A stretch of DNA of 64,000 nucleotides from a virus. The position numbers and the translations under genes are program-made. The DNA lies in the IMG/VR virus record IMGVR_UViG_3300027970_000001, positions 32,001-96,000 of that record, one strand, 5' to 3'. This document shows positions 56,217-64,000 of this stretch, in pieces (the first letter of the stretch is position 1; each line of letters starts with the position of its first letter). The notes under the pieces were generated by a model that was given only the letters and a program-made list of their open reading frames with translations, did not search any database and was not told the origin of the DNA.

Positions 56217-56234
56217 GCCGACGAGGCTACCGCA

Positions 56235-58196
56235 TCAACGACGGCGGCGCGAGGTGCGCTTGGAGGTGCGGCGGTTCTTGGTGATGACCGGATCTGCCGG
56301 ATCGAACGTACCCTCGTTCGGCCCCGACCCAGCGATGACTTCGCCAGCCATCGCTCCGAGCCCCGACTGTTTGATGGGGCCAGCGGCGGCGGACTTCGCC
56401 TGCGTGGGACTGAACCACACGTAGAGCGTGGCCGACTTCTTACGGCCACGGCCGAAGTTGTCGTTGTAGTAGTCGACCACGTCGTGGACGATTAGTCCGT
56501 CAGCGCCCTGTTCGCGGGCCTTGGCGATCCACTTTTCGGTCCCTCTCCACTCCTTGCCGCCCCAGTCGATGGAGAGCGGGCTCTGGATCGACAGGTAGAG
56601 CGGGATTACTCCTGGCTCGGCGTTCTGGTAGTCCCAGGCCCGATTCGCATCGGCGTAACTTGCCGCCATCGCGTAGCTGTCCGTCGCGAAGAAGGCGTCG
56701 CCGCGCATTGGGCTGCGCCGGAAGCCCTCGGAGAAAATGCCCCGGCCGTCGGGCGTGCCGTGGTAGACGACCAGAGGCGCATTACCCTTGCGGCGGTCCC
56801 TGACCTTGCTGTCCTTGAACCAAGCCTTAAAGGATGGCGTCTCGGTCATGCCGGGGTTCCGCAGGATGCTCAAGTCGTCGGGATCGAAGGTGCCCACGTT
56901 GTCGGTGGCCGACTTGATCTGCCGAGGGTCGAAGACAACGTACTCGTCGTATCCGTGGACCGAAACGATCACGCCGTCGATGCCCGCAGCAGCCATGCCA
57001 CGGATGACGTCCTCTTCCGTAAAATAGACCTTGAACGCTGCGGAATCTGCGAGGAACAGGAACGCCCTGCTGGGGTCAGCGAGGCACTCGCGCATCAGGC
57101 GTCGATGGTCTTCCTTTGCGTCGTATCCGCTTGGGAAGCGAGTCGTCTTGATGGCAGAGAAGAACCGGCGGATCTGATCGGCCGTCATCTCGCCTCTTGT
57201 CGGCCGCTCGATTCGCAGGTAGGTGGCAATCTTGCGCCCGCTGTCGCCGTGGAAAGCCCTCAGCGTGGTGGGATCTGCGCTGAAGTAGAACCCAGGCCCG
57301 AACCTATCCATGCCAGGCGTCGCCGGTCTTTTGAACACGTCAAAGTCGCCCCGGGTGCCGTGGTACAGAACCAGCGGCTCACCGTTCTCATCAACGACCT
57401 TGCTGTCCCCGAACCAGCGGCGGAACGCCGGGTTGTCGAGCGGGCTCGGTCCGTTGCGATCCATCTCGTTTGAGGTGCCGATGATGAGCGCGTCGATGAA
57501 CCGCTGGCCGCGTTGGACAGCCAGCGTCACCCGATGATGCCCATCGTGGACGTACCACACGTCTTCGCCCACCACGGGGAAGTGCCCGTCGAGGAACGGG
57601 TACTTCTCCTCGGGGTAGTCGACTTCTTCGACCTCGCCGGGGCCGTCGAGGATAACTGGAGGCAGCTCGTAGCCCTCGTCCTCAAGCTCGGCCAGCTCGT
57701 CGATGCGCTCTTGGCGGATGGGGTTGATGAAGGGGGATGCGATCTGACTCACCGGCACGCGCTGGATAGCGAAACCCCGCGCGTACTGCGGGATCTGCCC
57801 GTACTCCTCGTCCCACGGAGGGTTTTTCGACATCGCAGACGAGCGGACCCACGCGGCGCCCGATCCACTCTGATCTTTGCTGGCCTCGATGGGTCCATAA
57901 TCTGCGATTGCCGCGGAAAGCAGCTTGGAGGCCACCCCCGTCCGCCTGAAGGAAGGAACCACGTACACGTTCGCTGCGATGGGCGCTTGGCCTGTTCGCT
58001 CCACAATCTGCAACGCTCCGATCGGCTCTCCATCCGCGTACATCACGTACCTGACGCTACGACCGAAATAAGAGTGCTCGCCCAGGAACTTGGCGATGCC
58101 GCGGGCCACAGGGCGGCCCTTCTCTTTTCCGATCTGAGCCACACCGCTCGGGCGACCGACAAGGTACTCAAGTCCTTCGTTGTACTCTTCGCTCAT
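56235..58196 (-). CDS. Four-domain polyprotein: GNAT + ParB-like + ART + ART, with Arg tail
   Basis: YVVPSFRRTGVASKLL; VHDGHHRV; two SKV.D..G.PLV.YHGT...VF.P.QIKSA modules; ends ITKNRRTSKRTSRRRR. Confidence 0.8.
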   Translation of the reverse strand: MSEEYNEGLEYLVGRPSGVAQIGKEKGRPVARGIAKFLGEHSYFGRSVRYVMYADGEPIGALQIVERTGQAPIAANVYVVPSFRRTGVASKLLSAAIADYGPIEASKDQSGSGAAWVRSSAMSKNPPWDEEYGQIPQYARGFAIQRVPVSQIASPFINPIRQERIDELAELEDEGYELPPVILDGPGEVEEVDYPEEKYPFLDGHFPVVGEDVWYVHDGHHRVTLAVQRGQRFIDALIIGTSNEMDRNGPSPLDNPAFRRWFGDSKVVDENGEPLVLYHGTRGDFDVFKRPATPGMDRFGPGFYFSADPTTLRAFHGDSGRKIATYLRIERPTRGEMTADQIRRFFSAIKTTRFPSGYDAKEDHRRLMRECLADPSRAFLFLADSAAFKVYFTEEDVIRGMAAAGIDGVIVSVHGYDEYVVFDPRQIKSATDNVGTFDPDDLSILRNPGMTETPSFKAWFKDSKVRDRRKGNAPLVVYHGTPDGRGIFSEGFRRSPMRGDAFFATDSYAMAASYADANRAWDYQNAEPGVIPLYLSIQSPLSIDWGGKEWRGTEKWIAKAREQGADGLIVHDVVDYYNDNFGRGRKKSATLYVWFSPTQAKSAAAGPIKQSGLGAMAGEVIAGSGPNEGTFDPADPVITKNRRTSKRTSRRRR

Positions 58197-58855
58197 CGGT
58201 CTGACCGCTTTAGGTTCTGCTCCCAGAACTCGTACCCCTTGAGGTACATGTCGACAGGCACGCCGTTGACGCCTACCAGGAACTCGGCGGGCACGGCCTT
58301 CCAGATGGCCACCACGCCACCAGGGCGCGGCGGGTCGTACAGCCCACGCCCGTGCCGGAAAGAGGCCCCCACGGCGCCTCCCCAGCCTTCCCAATCGTGG
58401 GGCACATCAAACACGACCCATGACGTGTACTTGTTGTAGCGCGCTCCAGGGTCGCTCGGATCGAACGCGACGAAGAACACCAGATCTGGCGCTTCGCTGT
58501 ATTGGCCCACGCCACGGGGTGAGGCGACGAGGCCCTTGGCGATGATCGAGGAGAGCACGTCGGACTCGGACTTCATGCCCTCGGGCAGCTTCAAGATGCT
58601 GTGAACCAGCCTCGTTGCGTTCGACGGCACCGGAGGCAGAAGAGCGTTCTCTTGCTGCGCATCCATGGCGCCTCGGAGCGCATCGATCATCTTGGTGTTG
58701 TCGAAAAGCTCGTCCTCGGTTAGCCCGAAGACGGGAGCGATGCGCTCGATAAGGTCAAGCGACTGCATCAGGTCGCCCTCGCCTGCCTGCCAGCCGGCGA
58801 AGATGGAAGCGAGGGTGTCGCGGGCGTCGATGTCGATGCTTGCCTGATCAGTCAC
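58193..58855 (-). CDS. Two-domain protein with ART/2'-phosphotransferase-like C-domain
   Basis: GTGACTGA overlap start; VPSNA junction then LVHS...SIIAKGL...VFF. Confidence 0.45.
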   Translation of the reverse strand: MTDQASIDIDARDTLASIFAGWQAGEGDLMQSLDLIERIAPVFGLTEDELFDNTKMIDALRGAMDAQQENALLPPVPSNATRLVHSILKLPEGMKSESDVLSSIIAKGLVASPRGVGQYSEAPDLVFFVAFDPSDPGARYNKYTSWVVFDVPHDWEGWGGAVGASFRHGRGLYDPPRPGGVVAIWKAVPAEFLVGVNGVPVDMYLKGYEFWEQNLKRSDR

Positions 58856-60497
58856 GGTGGCTCTTGTTCGGGACGATCCGGCGCACATTCAAGCCAGAAT
58901 CCCACGTTCGGAAAGGAAAATCCTTCAAAGGCTCCAGAGGACTGACCGTGTACTTCTTCGGCAGGTCGTCGTAGAAGCTCTTGGGCGGAGTTCCGCCAAT
59001 CCGCTTGCGGCTGACGAAGTCGGGCACGAGAACCTGGCGGTACCGGTTCGCGAACGCCCACTCGACCACGATGTTCAGCGCATCCGAGGCGAACGTGGGG
59101 AAGTACATCTCGCGGAGCAGCTTTTGGACTGACTCTGGCTCATCAATAAGCCTGAACTCCATCCACGGCCTGTCAGACTGGATTTCGACGATCACCAGGC
59201 CAGTCGGCGGAGAGACCGCCATTCGCACCCATCCGATGGCGTACTTGACCCTCTCGTCAGGATGGCCGTCTTGTTTGAAGAATGCGTTGTGCAGGTTGTT
59301 CGTGACGTACTCGCGAGCGTCGTCAAGGTTTACGCGCCACGGCTTTTCAGTCGCCTGCCGCATGGCCTCTTCCGTCACCTCATCGATGACAGCGTTCGGC
59401 ACGGCCAGCACGAGCACGTCCTCTGTTTGAGGTCCGAGCATCTGCGTGCCGTGACCGGAGTGGTAGGTGATGCCGCCGAATACGTCGTACCGAGCGGGCG
59501 ACAGCGACTCGAAGCTCATTTCGACCAGCGCCTCGTCGGTCGCCGGAGGGGAGATGCGGAGCACCTCTTTGGTGACGGGATGCTCAAGCAGGTCCGGCCT
59601 GTGCTCGGAGACCAGCTTCTTCGTCAGCTTGCCGTCCTTTGACTTCAGGTTTGCGATGCGTGCCAGCTTGCTCAAGGCCCACGACCTGGCGGTCCCTGGC
59701 TGGAAGTCACTCAGGATGAGTTCCGGCGTGCCGACGGTGAGATCGTTTGGGCGGGCGCCCCACCATCCCGCGATCGGAGACGGCGTGTATGTCTCGCGAA
59801 GGCCAGCGGGCACGGGGAACTGTTCTTGACGGAAGCCTTCCTGCTCGTCGTCATCTTCATCATCCGGCGGTGCATCGCCATCTTCGTCTTCGCTTAGATC
59901 GTCGACAATCGTGAATCCGACGCGCGGTTCATCGCCAATGCCCTCGCGCCGCTGGCGGCTCTCGGCAGTAAAAGAGACTCCAGCGCCTTGCCGGACAACG
60001 GAGCGCGGTGGAAGGCGGGCTCCGCTTGGAACGTGGGACACGGCTCCGATGGTCGACTGAGCGCCGATCACGCATCCCGAGCCGACCTCGGCGCCATCGC
60101 CGATGGTCGTCATGTCCCCGATCTGAGCATCCTCTCCGACGTATGCTTCAGCCCCCACATCGACGCCCATGCCAATGGACGCGTCTTGGCCGATATCGCC
60201 GCGGATGTCTGCGTGAGCCTCGATGCGGGCCCCGTCGTGAATCACGCCTTGCAGAATCGCGGCGATCGCCACCACGCCATCGCCGATGGTGCAGGGCTCC
60301 ACGATGACACACTGTTCGAGACGGGAGTGGCCGATCGACACGTTGCCGTTCGGCGCGATGATGACGCACCGGTCAAGCTCGGCGCCCCATGAGACCTCTG
60401 CTGAGCCTTCGATGCGCTCCTCGAAGGGCATGGAGTATCGGCGGTTCCAAGCGGGGTCTCGCTTGCGGAAGTCTTCGATGGGGTTGCGGCGTGTCAT
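58848..60497 (-). CDS. Left-handed beta-helix (hexapeptide repeat) + EIQSD-motif domain protein
   Basis: MTRRNP start; IGxxAxIG hexapeptide repeats; acidic linker; GWVRM..IVEIQSD; ends IVPNKSHRD. Confidence 0.7.
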   Translation of the reverse strand: MTRRNPIEDFRKRDPAWNRRYSMPFEERIEGSAEVSWGAELDRCVIIAPNGNVSIGHSRLEQCVIVEPCTIGDGVVAIAAILQGVIHDGARIEAHADIRGDIGQDASIGMGVDVGAEAYVGEDAQIGDMTTIGDGAEVGSGCVIGAQSTIGAVSHVPSGARLPPRSVVRQGAGVSFTAESRQRREGIGDEPRVGFTIVDDLSEDEDGDAPPDDEDDDEQEGFRQEQFPVPAGLRETYTPSPIAGWWGARPNDLTVGTPELILSDFQPGTARSWALSKLARIANLKSKDGKLTKKLVSEHRPDLLEHPVTKEVLRISPPATDEALVEMSFESLSPARYDVFGGITYHSGHGTQMLGPQTEDVLVLAVPNAVIDEVTEEAMRQATEKPWRVNLDDAREYVTNNLHNAFFKQDGHPDERVKYAIGWVRMAVSPPTGLVIVEIQSDRPWMEFRLIDEPESVQKLLREMYFPTFASDALNIVVEWAFANRYRQVLVPDFVSRKRIGGTPPKSFYDDLPKKYTVSPLEPLKDFPFRTWDSGLNVRRIVPNKSHRD

Positions 60498-60499
60498 GG

Positions 60500-62221
60500 T
60501 CAGCGTGCCTCTCTGCTCGTCCGGCGCTTCCGGTTCTTCTCGATGCCGCGAGAGCTGAGCCAGTCGAGGACATCCTGAAGGTCGGTCGACTCGTTGACAT
60601 CCATGCCCTCGGTTTCTTCGGGCGAGATGCCGCGATCGATCAGCCTGCGCACCGTCTCCGGCGTGAACTCGGTGTCCGACCCGTCCGCAGCATCCTCGGT
60701 CATCCACTCGAACGCCACGTCGGGAGAGATGCCCTGCTCCGCCCACTTCTTGACGTCTTGGTAGTCGAAGGTCGGGTCGACTTCGATGAATCCGGTCGCA
60801 ATCCAGTCCTCCGCAGGGAACACGAGGAGCCCCTTCGATCCCTCGCTGTCGGGGTAGAAGCCCTGGTGCCTCCACACATCGGAGATGGCTTTGCGCTTTT
60901 TGATCTGAGCTGCGCTCATCGAAGGCGGCGATACGTCTACGCCTGGGAGTGAAGCCTGACCGGCGGGCGAGAAATATGGCGCAGCGGCGGCAAGACTTGA
61001 TGCGATGCGGCCGGTCTTGATCAGACCTTCCGTCCTTCGGCCACCGTCGTCCTCTTCGATGGCTCTCTGCACCGCCCACGGGAAGTCGCGGAACTCTGCT
61101 GGCGAAACGTCTTCGCCAAGCATGCTTTTGACTGACTGATACGCCGTGAAATAGACTCCTTCGTCCATCCACTCCATGAAGTCAGAGACGTTGCGAACGA
61201 CCTCAAGCCACTTCGTTGCGTAGCCCTCAAGGTGCTCTTCGTCGATCCAGTCGACGTTTTTCTGTGCCCAGTCGACGATCGCTTGAATGTCAGGCGGGAG
61301 CTTCTTCACGTTCAGCGTCGCCATGAAGCTATCGACGTACTTCTTGTACTTCTCGGCAGGCGTCTTGTTCTGCTTGCCGAAGGTCTGGATGGCTTTGTTG
61401 AGGTTCTCGTTCCACTCGATCGTGACGTGCGGAAACCCCTTCGGGTCGCGGATGGAATAGAGCACCGAGTCGCTCATGCGAGCGCGACCGCAGTGCTGCA
61501 TTGCATCCTTCTCTTCTTCGCAGTAGGTGCCGGGAAGTAGCTGAACGGTCCAGCCGTCGTCGAAGGTGTGGGCAATCTCGTGCTGCGTGGGAGGCTTCTT
61601 GCCGGACGAGTCGAAGTCCTCGATCGCCTCCTTCACTTCGTCGAAGCTCATCGACGTGAGGTTCGGCTTTTCCTTCTCGGCCCACTGCCCGATCGCAGTG
61701 CCGCGCGTCTTGAAGAACCGAACGGCCTCAACATACTCGCGAGCCTCTTCGATGATGTGGGGCGCAATGCGATCGCCATCGTCTCGCCGCGTGGCCTGGA
61801 GGGCAGTCACGACAGGCTTGGCCTTGTCTGCCAACTGCTTGGACATCCAAAGGAACGTGCCCTCGGACTGGTTGCGCTCCTTGAAGCCTCGTAGCTCGGA
61901 GACCATCTCGACGAGGATTGGCGTGGCTTCGGCCACCTCGTTCTTGAGTGAGGTGAAAAGCGGTTCGGTTGTCGTGTAAATGACCCTCTCGATGAGGCGG
62001 CTGGCTCGGTATGCCGAGTTGATCTCAGCAGCGTCGTCGGACATGGCGGCTTCGCCCATCGCCTTAATGGCGGCGTCGGTGACGGCCGTCTTCCAGCCGT
62101 CTTCGCCGACGGTGTGGGCGATGACGTCGATCATGGAGAACGTCACAATCGGGTACTTCGCGTACTGCTTGGCGATGTACCGAAGCCGGTCGGCCGGCGG
62201 ATTCTGTTCAAGCCTGGTCAT
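60500..62221 (-). CDS. PcfJ-like domain protein (close paralogue of 5326-6957)
   Basis: MTRLEQNPPADRLRYIAKQY; DAMQHC..SVLYSIRDPKGFPHVT shared; ends IEKNRKRRTSREAR. Confidence 0.75.
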   Translation of the reverse strand: MTRLEQNPPADRLRYIAKQYAKYPIVTFSMIDVIAHTVGEDGWKTAVTDAAIKAMGEAAMSDDAAEINSAYRASRLIERVIYTTTEPLFTSLKNEVAEATPILVEMVSELRGFKERNQSEGTFLWMSKQLADKAKPVVTALQATRRDDGDRIAPHIIEEAREYVEAVRFFKTRGTAIGQWAEKEKPNLTSMSFDEVKEAIEDFDSSGKKPPTQHEIAHTFDDGWTVQLLPGTYCEEEKDAMQHCGRARMSDSVLYSIRDPKGFPHVTIEWNENLNKAIQTFGKQNKTPAEKYKKYVDSFMATLNVKKLPPDIQAIVDWAQKNVDWIDEEHLEGYATKWLEVVRNVSDFMEWMDEGVYFTAYQSVKSMLGEDVSPAEFRDFPWAVQRAIEEDDGGRRTEGLIKTGRIASSLAAAAPYFSPAGQASLPGVDVSPPSMSAAQIKKRKAISDVWRHQGFYPDSEGSKGLLVFPAEDWIATGFIEVDPTFDYQDVKKWAEQGISPDVAFEWMTEDAADGSDTEFTPETVRRLIDRGISPEETEGMDVNESTDLQDVLDWLSSRGIEKNRKRRTSREAR

Positions 62222-62649
62222 GTCCGCACCTCCTCAACCTTGCGCAGCCCCTTGATGATGTCCGACACGCGCCACGCCCACTTGTACCGCTCGTAGGGGG
62301 AGTCGAGGTCGAAATCGTCTTTGATCAGGAGGACTTCGCCGTCGTAGCCAAGGCCGTTGACCAACCGTTCGACCGGCCCACGCAGCTTCATCGGAGCGAT
62401 GATGTAGGGCAGGTCGTTCACGGCCACGACCTCGGTGGCCTTGGCCTCGCAGTAGGCGTACTTGCTCGCGAAGTCGGTCATCCCCTCCGGCTTTGAGAGA
62501 ACGCCGAACTTCGCCTCGGTGATGTCTCGCTTCCACAGGCGCGAGATCTTCTTGGCTGCCGCTCCGAGCTGCGCCGTGGTCTCCAAGACCCGCATCAAGA
62601 TGGAGGACGTGTACCCATCCACCCACTTCTGCTGCTCTTCTGTGAACAA
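62218..62649 (-). CDS. Hypothetical protein
   Basis: GGAG SD; ATGA overlap. Confidence 0.55.
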   Translation of the reverse strand: MFTEEQQKWVDGYTSSILMRVLETTAQLGAAAKKISRLWKRDITEAKFGVLSKPEGMTDFASKYAYCEAKATEVVAVNDLPYIIAPMKLRGPVERLVNGLGYDGEVLLIKDDFDLDSPYERYKWAWRVSDIIKGLRKVEEVRT

Positions 62650-62718
62650 GGTCGGCTCTCCGGGTAGTCGTCACGATGGGTAGCGCCGGGATGATAGCTC
62701 ATGTCATCATCATTGCCC

Positions 62719-64000
62719 ATGGCTACCAAGCGTACGTCCCGTCGCCCCGTGTCCAGAAACGCCGACGGCGGCAGCCTCGCCGTGCCCCCCGATCCGGCTT
62801 TCATCGAACGCATCGAGAGCGTGGACGATCACCTTTCGACGCCGGGCCAGTATTACACGACGACCGGGCAGCAGGCGTACCTCGTCGCGCGCTCGATGAC
62901 CTGGCACCCGATGGTTGAGGCCGGCGAGGAGACCTACTTCGCAGAGGGGTCCGTCTTTCACTGGACGGTGCTGGCCGATGAGAAGTCGGCCACGTCCGAC
63001 GTGCTACCGGTCGAGCTTCTGAACGAGAAGGTCCAGATCGAGCAACTGTCTGATGCTGTGTCCAGGCTTGGAAAGAACGCCATGCGCCGAAACGGCGATG
63101 AAGGCGGCGAGGACTGGGGCGTCACGGAGAGCTACTTCCTCGACAAGCTGGATGCCTATGACCGATGGGAGTCGGCTTTCTGGCGCGAACTGCTGCAAAA
63201 CAGCAGGGACGCCGGAGCGACGAAGATCGAGCTTTCCTCCGAGGAGACGACCTATTCAGATCCGGCGACGGGTGAAGGTCTGCCGGCGGTGCTTTGCGTC
63301 TGCCGCGACAACGGCGTCGGCATGGACAAGGAGACGCTCAAGCGCGCCTTCTTCACGCTCGGCGGCTCGATGAAGCCGGCCGGCGCGGTGGGCGGGTTTG
63401 GGGACGCCAAAGAGCTGATCCTCACGCCGTGGTACCGATACGAGGTCCGCACGCGAGGCCTGCTGGCCATCGGGCAGCACCAGCGCCTCTTCGCCCCGGG
63501 GATTCGGAGCGGTGAGCCGTTCGTTCAGGGCGTCGAGATCCGCGTATGGATGCCGGTCCACAAGAGCACGAACGACAGCTACGCCGTCGGAGTGCTTGAA
63601 AAGAGCCACCTGATCGGCATTCGGGTTACGGTCAACGGGCAGCGAGTCAGCGCCGACCTGATTGGCGGCGACAAGGTCCGCGAGCATCCGATCACGATCA
63701 CCACGTTCACCGTGTCGTGGTCGGAGCGCGGGGAGGGGCGAACCCAGAGCTTCGCGTACAGCGACGAGTTCTACGAGTTCACCAATGGGCTGAGCCGCAA
63801 GGGCATCGCCTACGACACGTCCAGAGAGCAGAAGGAAGTCGGCAGGATGGAGATCTGGCGTCAGCCGCGCTCCAAGCGCAACGGCTGTTTCGTCCGAGGC
63901 TCCGGCGTGTTCATGTTCGAGAAGAGGGTCGACGCCAACATCAAGGGCGCCATCTTCGTCGACATCACCGCCCCGCCGCGCGGCGTTTTCACCCGCAAGC
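62719..64000 (+). CDS. GHKL (Hsp90/MORC/gyrase-type) ATPase, 3'-truncated by the window edge; absent from the ORF track
   Basis: My translation: MATKRTSRRPVSRNA...LGKNAMRRNG...RELLQNSRDAG...CRDNGVGM...GGFG; no stop before base 64000. Confidence 0.8.
   Translation, partial: MATKRTSRRPVSRNADGGSLAVPPDPAFIERIESVDDHLSTPGQYYTTTGQQAYLVARSMTWHPMVEAGEETYFAEGSVFHWTVLADEKSATSDVLPVELLNEKVQIEQLSDAVSRLGKNAMRRNGDEGGEDWGVTESYFLDKLDAYDRWESAFWRELLQNSRDAGATKIELSSEETTYSDPATGEGLPAVLCVCRDNGVGMDKETLKRAFFTLGGSMKPAGAVGGFGDAKELILTPWYRYEVRTRGLLAIGQHQRLFAPGIRSGEPFVQGVEIRVWMPVHKSTNDSYAVGVLEKSHLIGIRVTVNGQRVSADLIGGDKVREHPITITTFTVSWSERGEGRTQSFAYSDEFYEFTNGLSRKGIAYDTSREQKEVGRMEIWRQPRSKRNGCFVRGSGVFMFEKRVDANIKGAIFVDITAPPRGVFTRK

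Noticed and set aside
5326-64000. Arg-rich tags as Tat signals or eukaryotic nuclear localisation signals
   Set aside because: Most are C-terminal or lack a following hydrophobic region, so they are not Tat signals. SD sites, overlapping genes, -10 boxes and peptidoglycan hydrolases indicate a bacterial host.
1-64000. Stop-codon reassignment
   Set aside because: Recognised proteins are full length under code 11, and TGA, TAG and TAA all end genes sensibly.

Overview
This window looks like a 64-kb segment of a large, GC-rich bacterial virus genome (jumbo-phage-like). Genes are densely packed, often with TGATG/GTGA/ATGA start-stop overlaps, and use Shine-Dalgarno or leaderless starts. No rRNA, ribosomal-protein or core host genes are seen, and no major capsid, portal or terminase gene is recognisable, so virion type is unresolved. 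Recognisable content includes a fibre-like structural protein, a holin-like/amidase lysis pair plus several further cell-wall enzymes, a tyrosine recombinase, a RuvC-like resolvase, a UvrD helicase and a ParB-like protein. There is also an oligoribonuclease, a glycosyl/methyl/sulfotransferase island, two kinases and a phosphatase, a histone-like protein, a Tad2-like (DUF2829) protein and tRNA-Leu(TAG). Many 'polyvalent-protein' effector domains occur: ADP-ribosyltransferase-like, PcfJ-like, GNAT, zincin and EIQSD-motif. The main observation is a genome-wide protein tagging grammar. About 24 ORFs carry a hydrophobic-x-x-Asn motif (Phi-x-x-N) at the border of an Arg/Ser/Thr-rich terminal tag or at junctions between folded domains. 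This suggests a capsid co-packaging and Asn-specific proteolytic release system. A second motif, (M/L/I/V)-x-G-(L/M/F)-G, marks tail-anchored membrane proteins and resembles adenain-type cleavage sites. Domain calls are by eye from remembered motifs; no searches were run.
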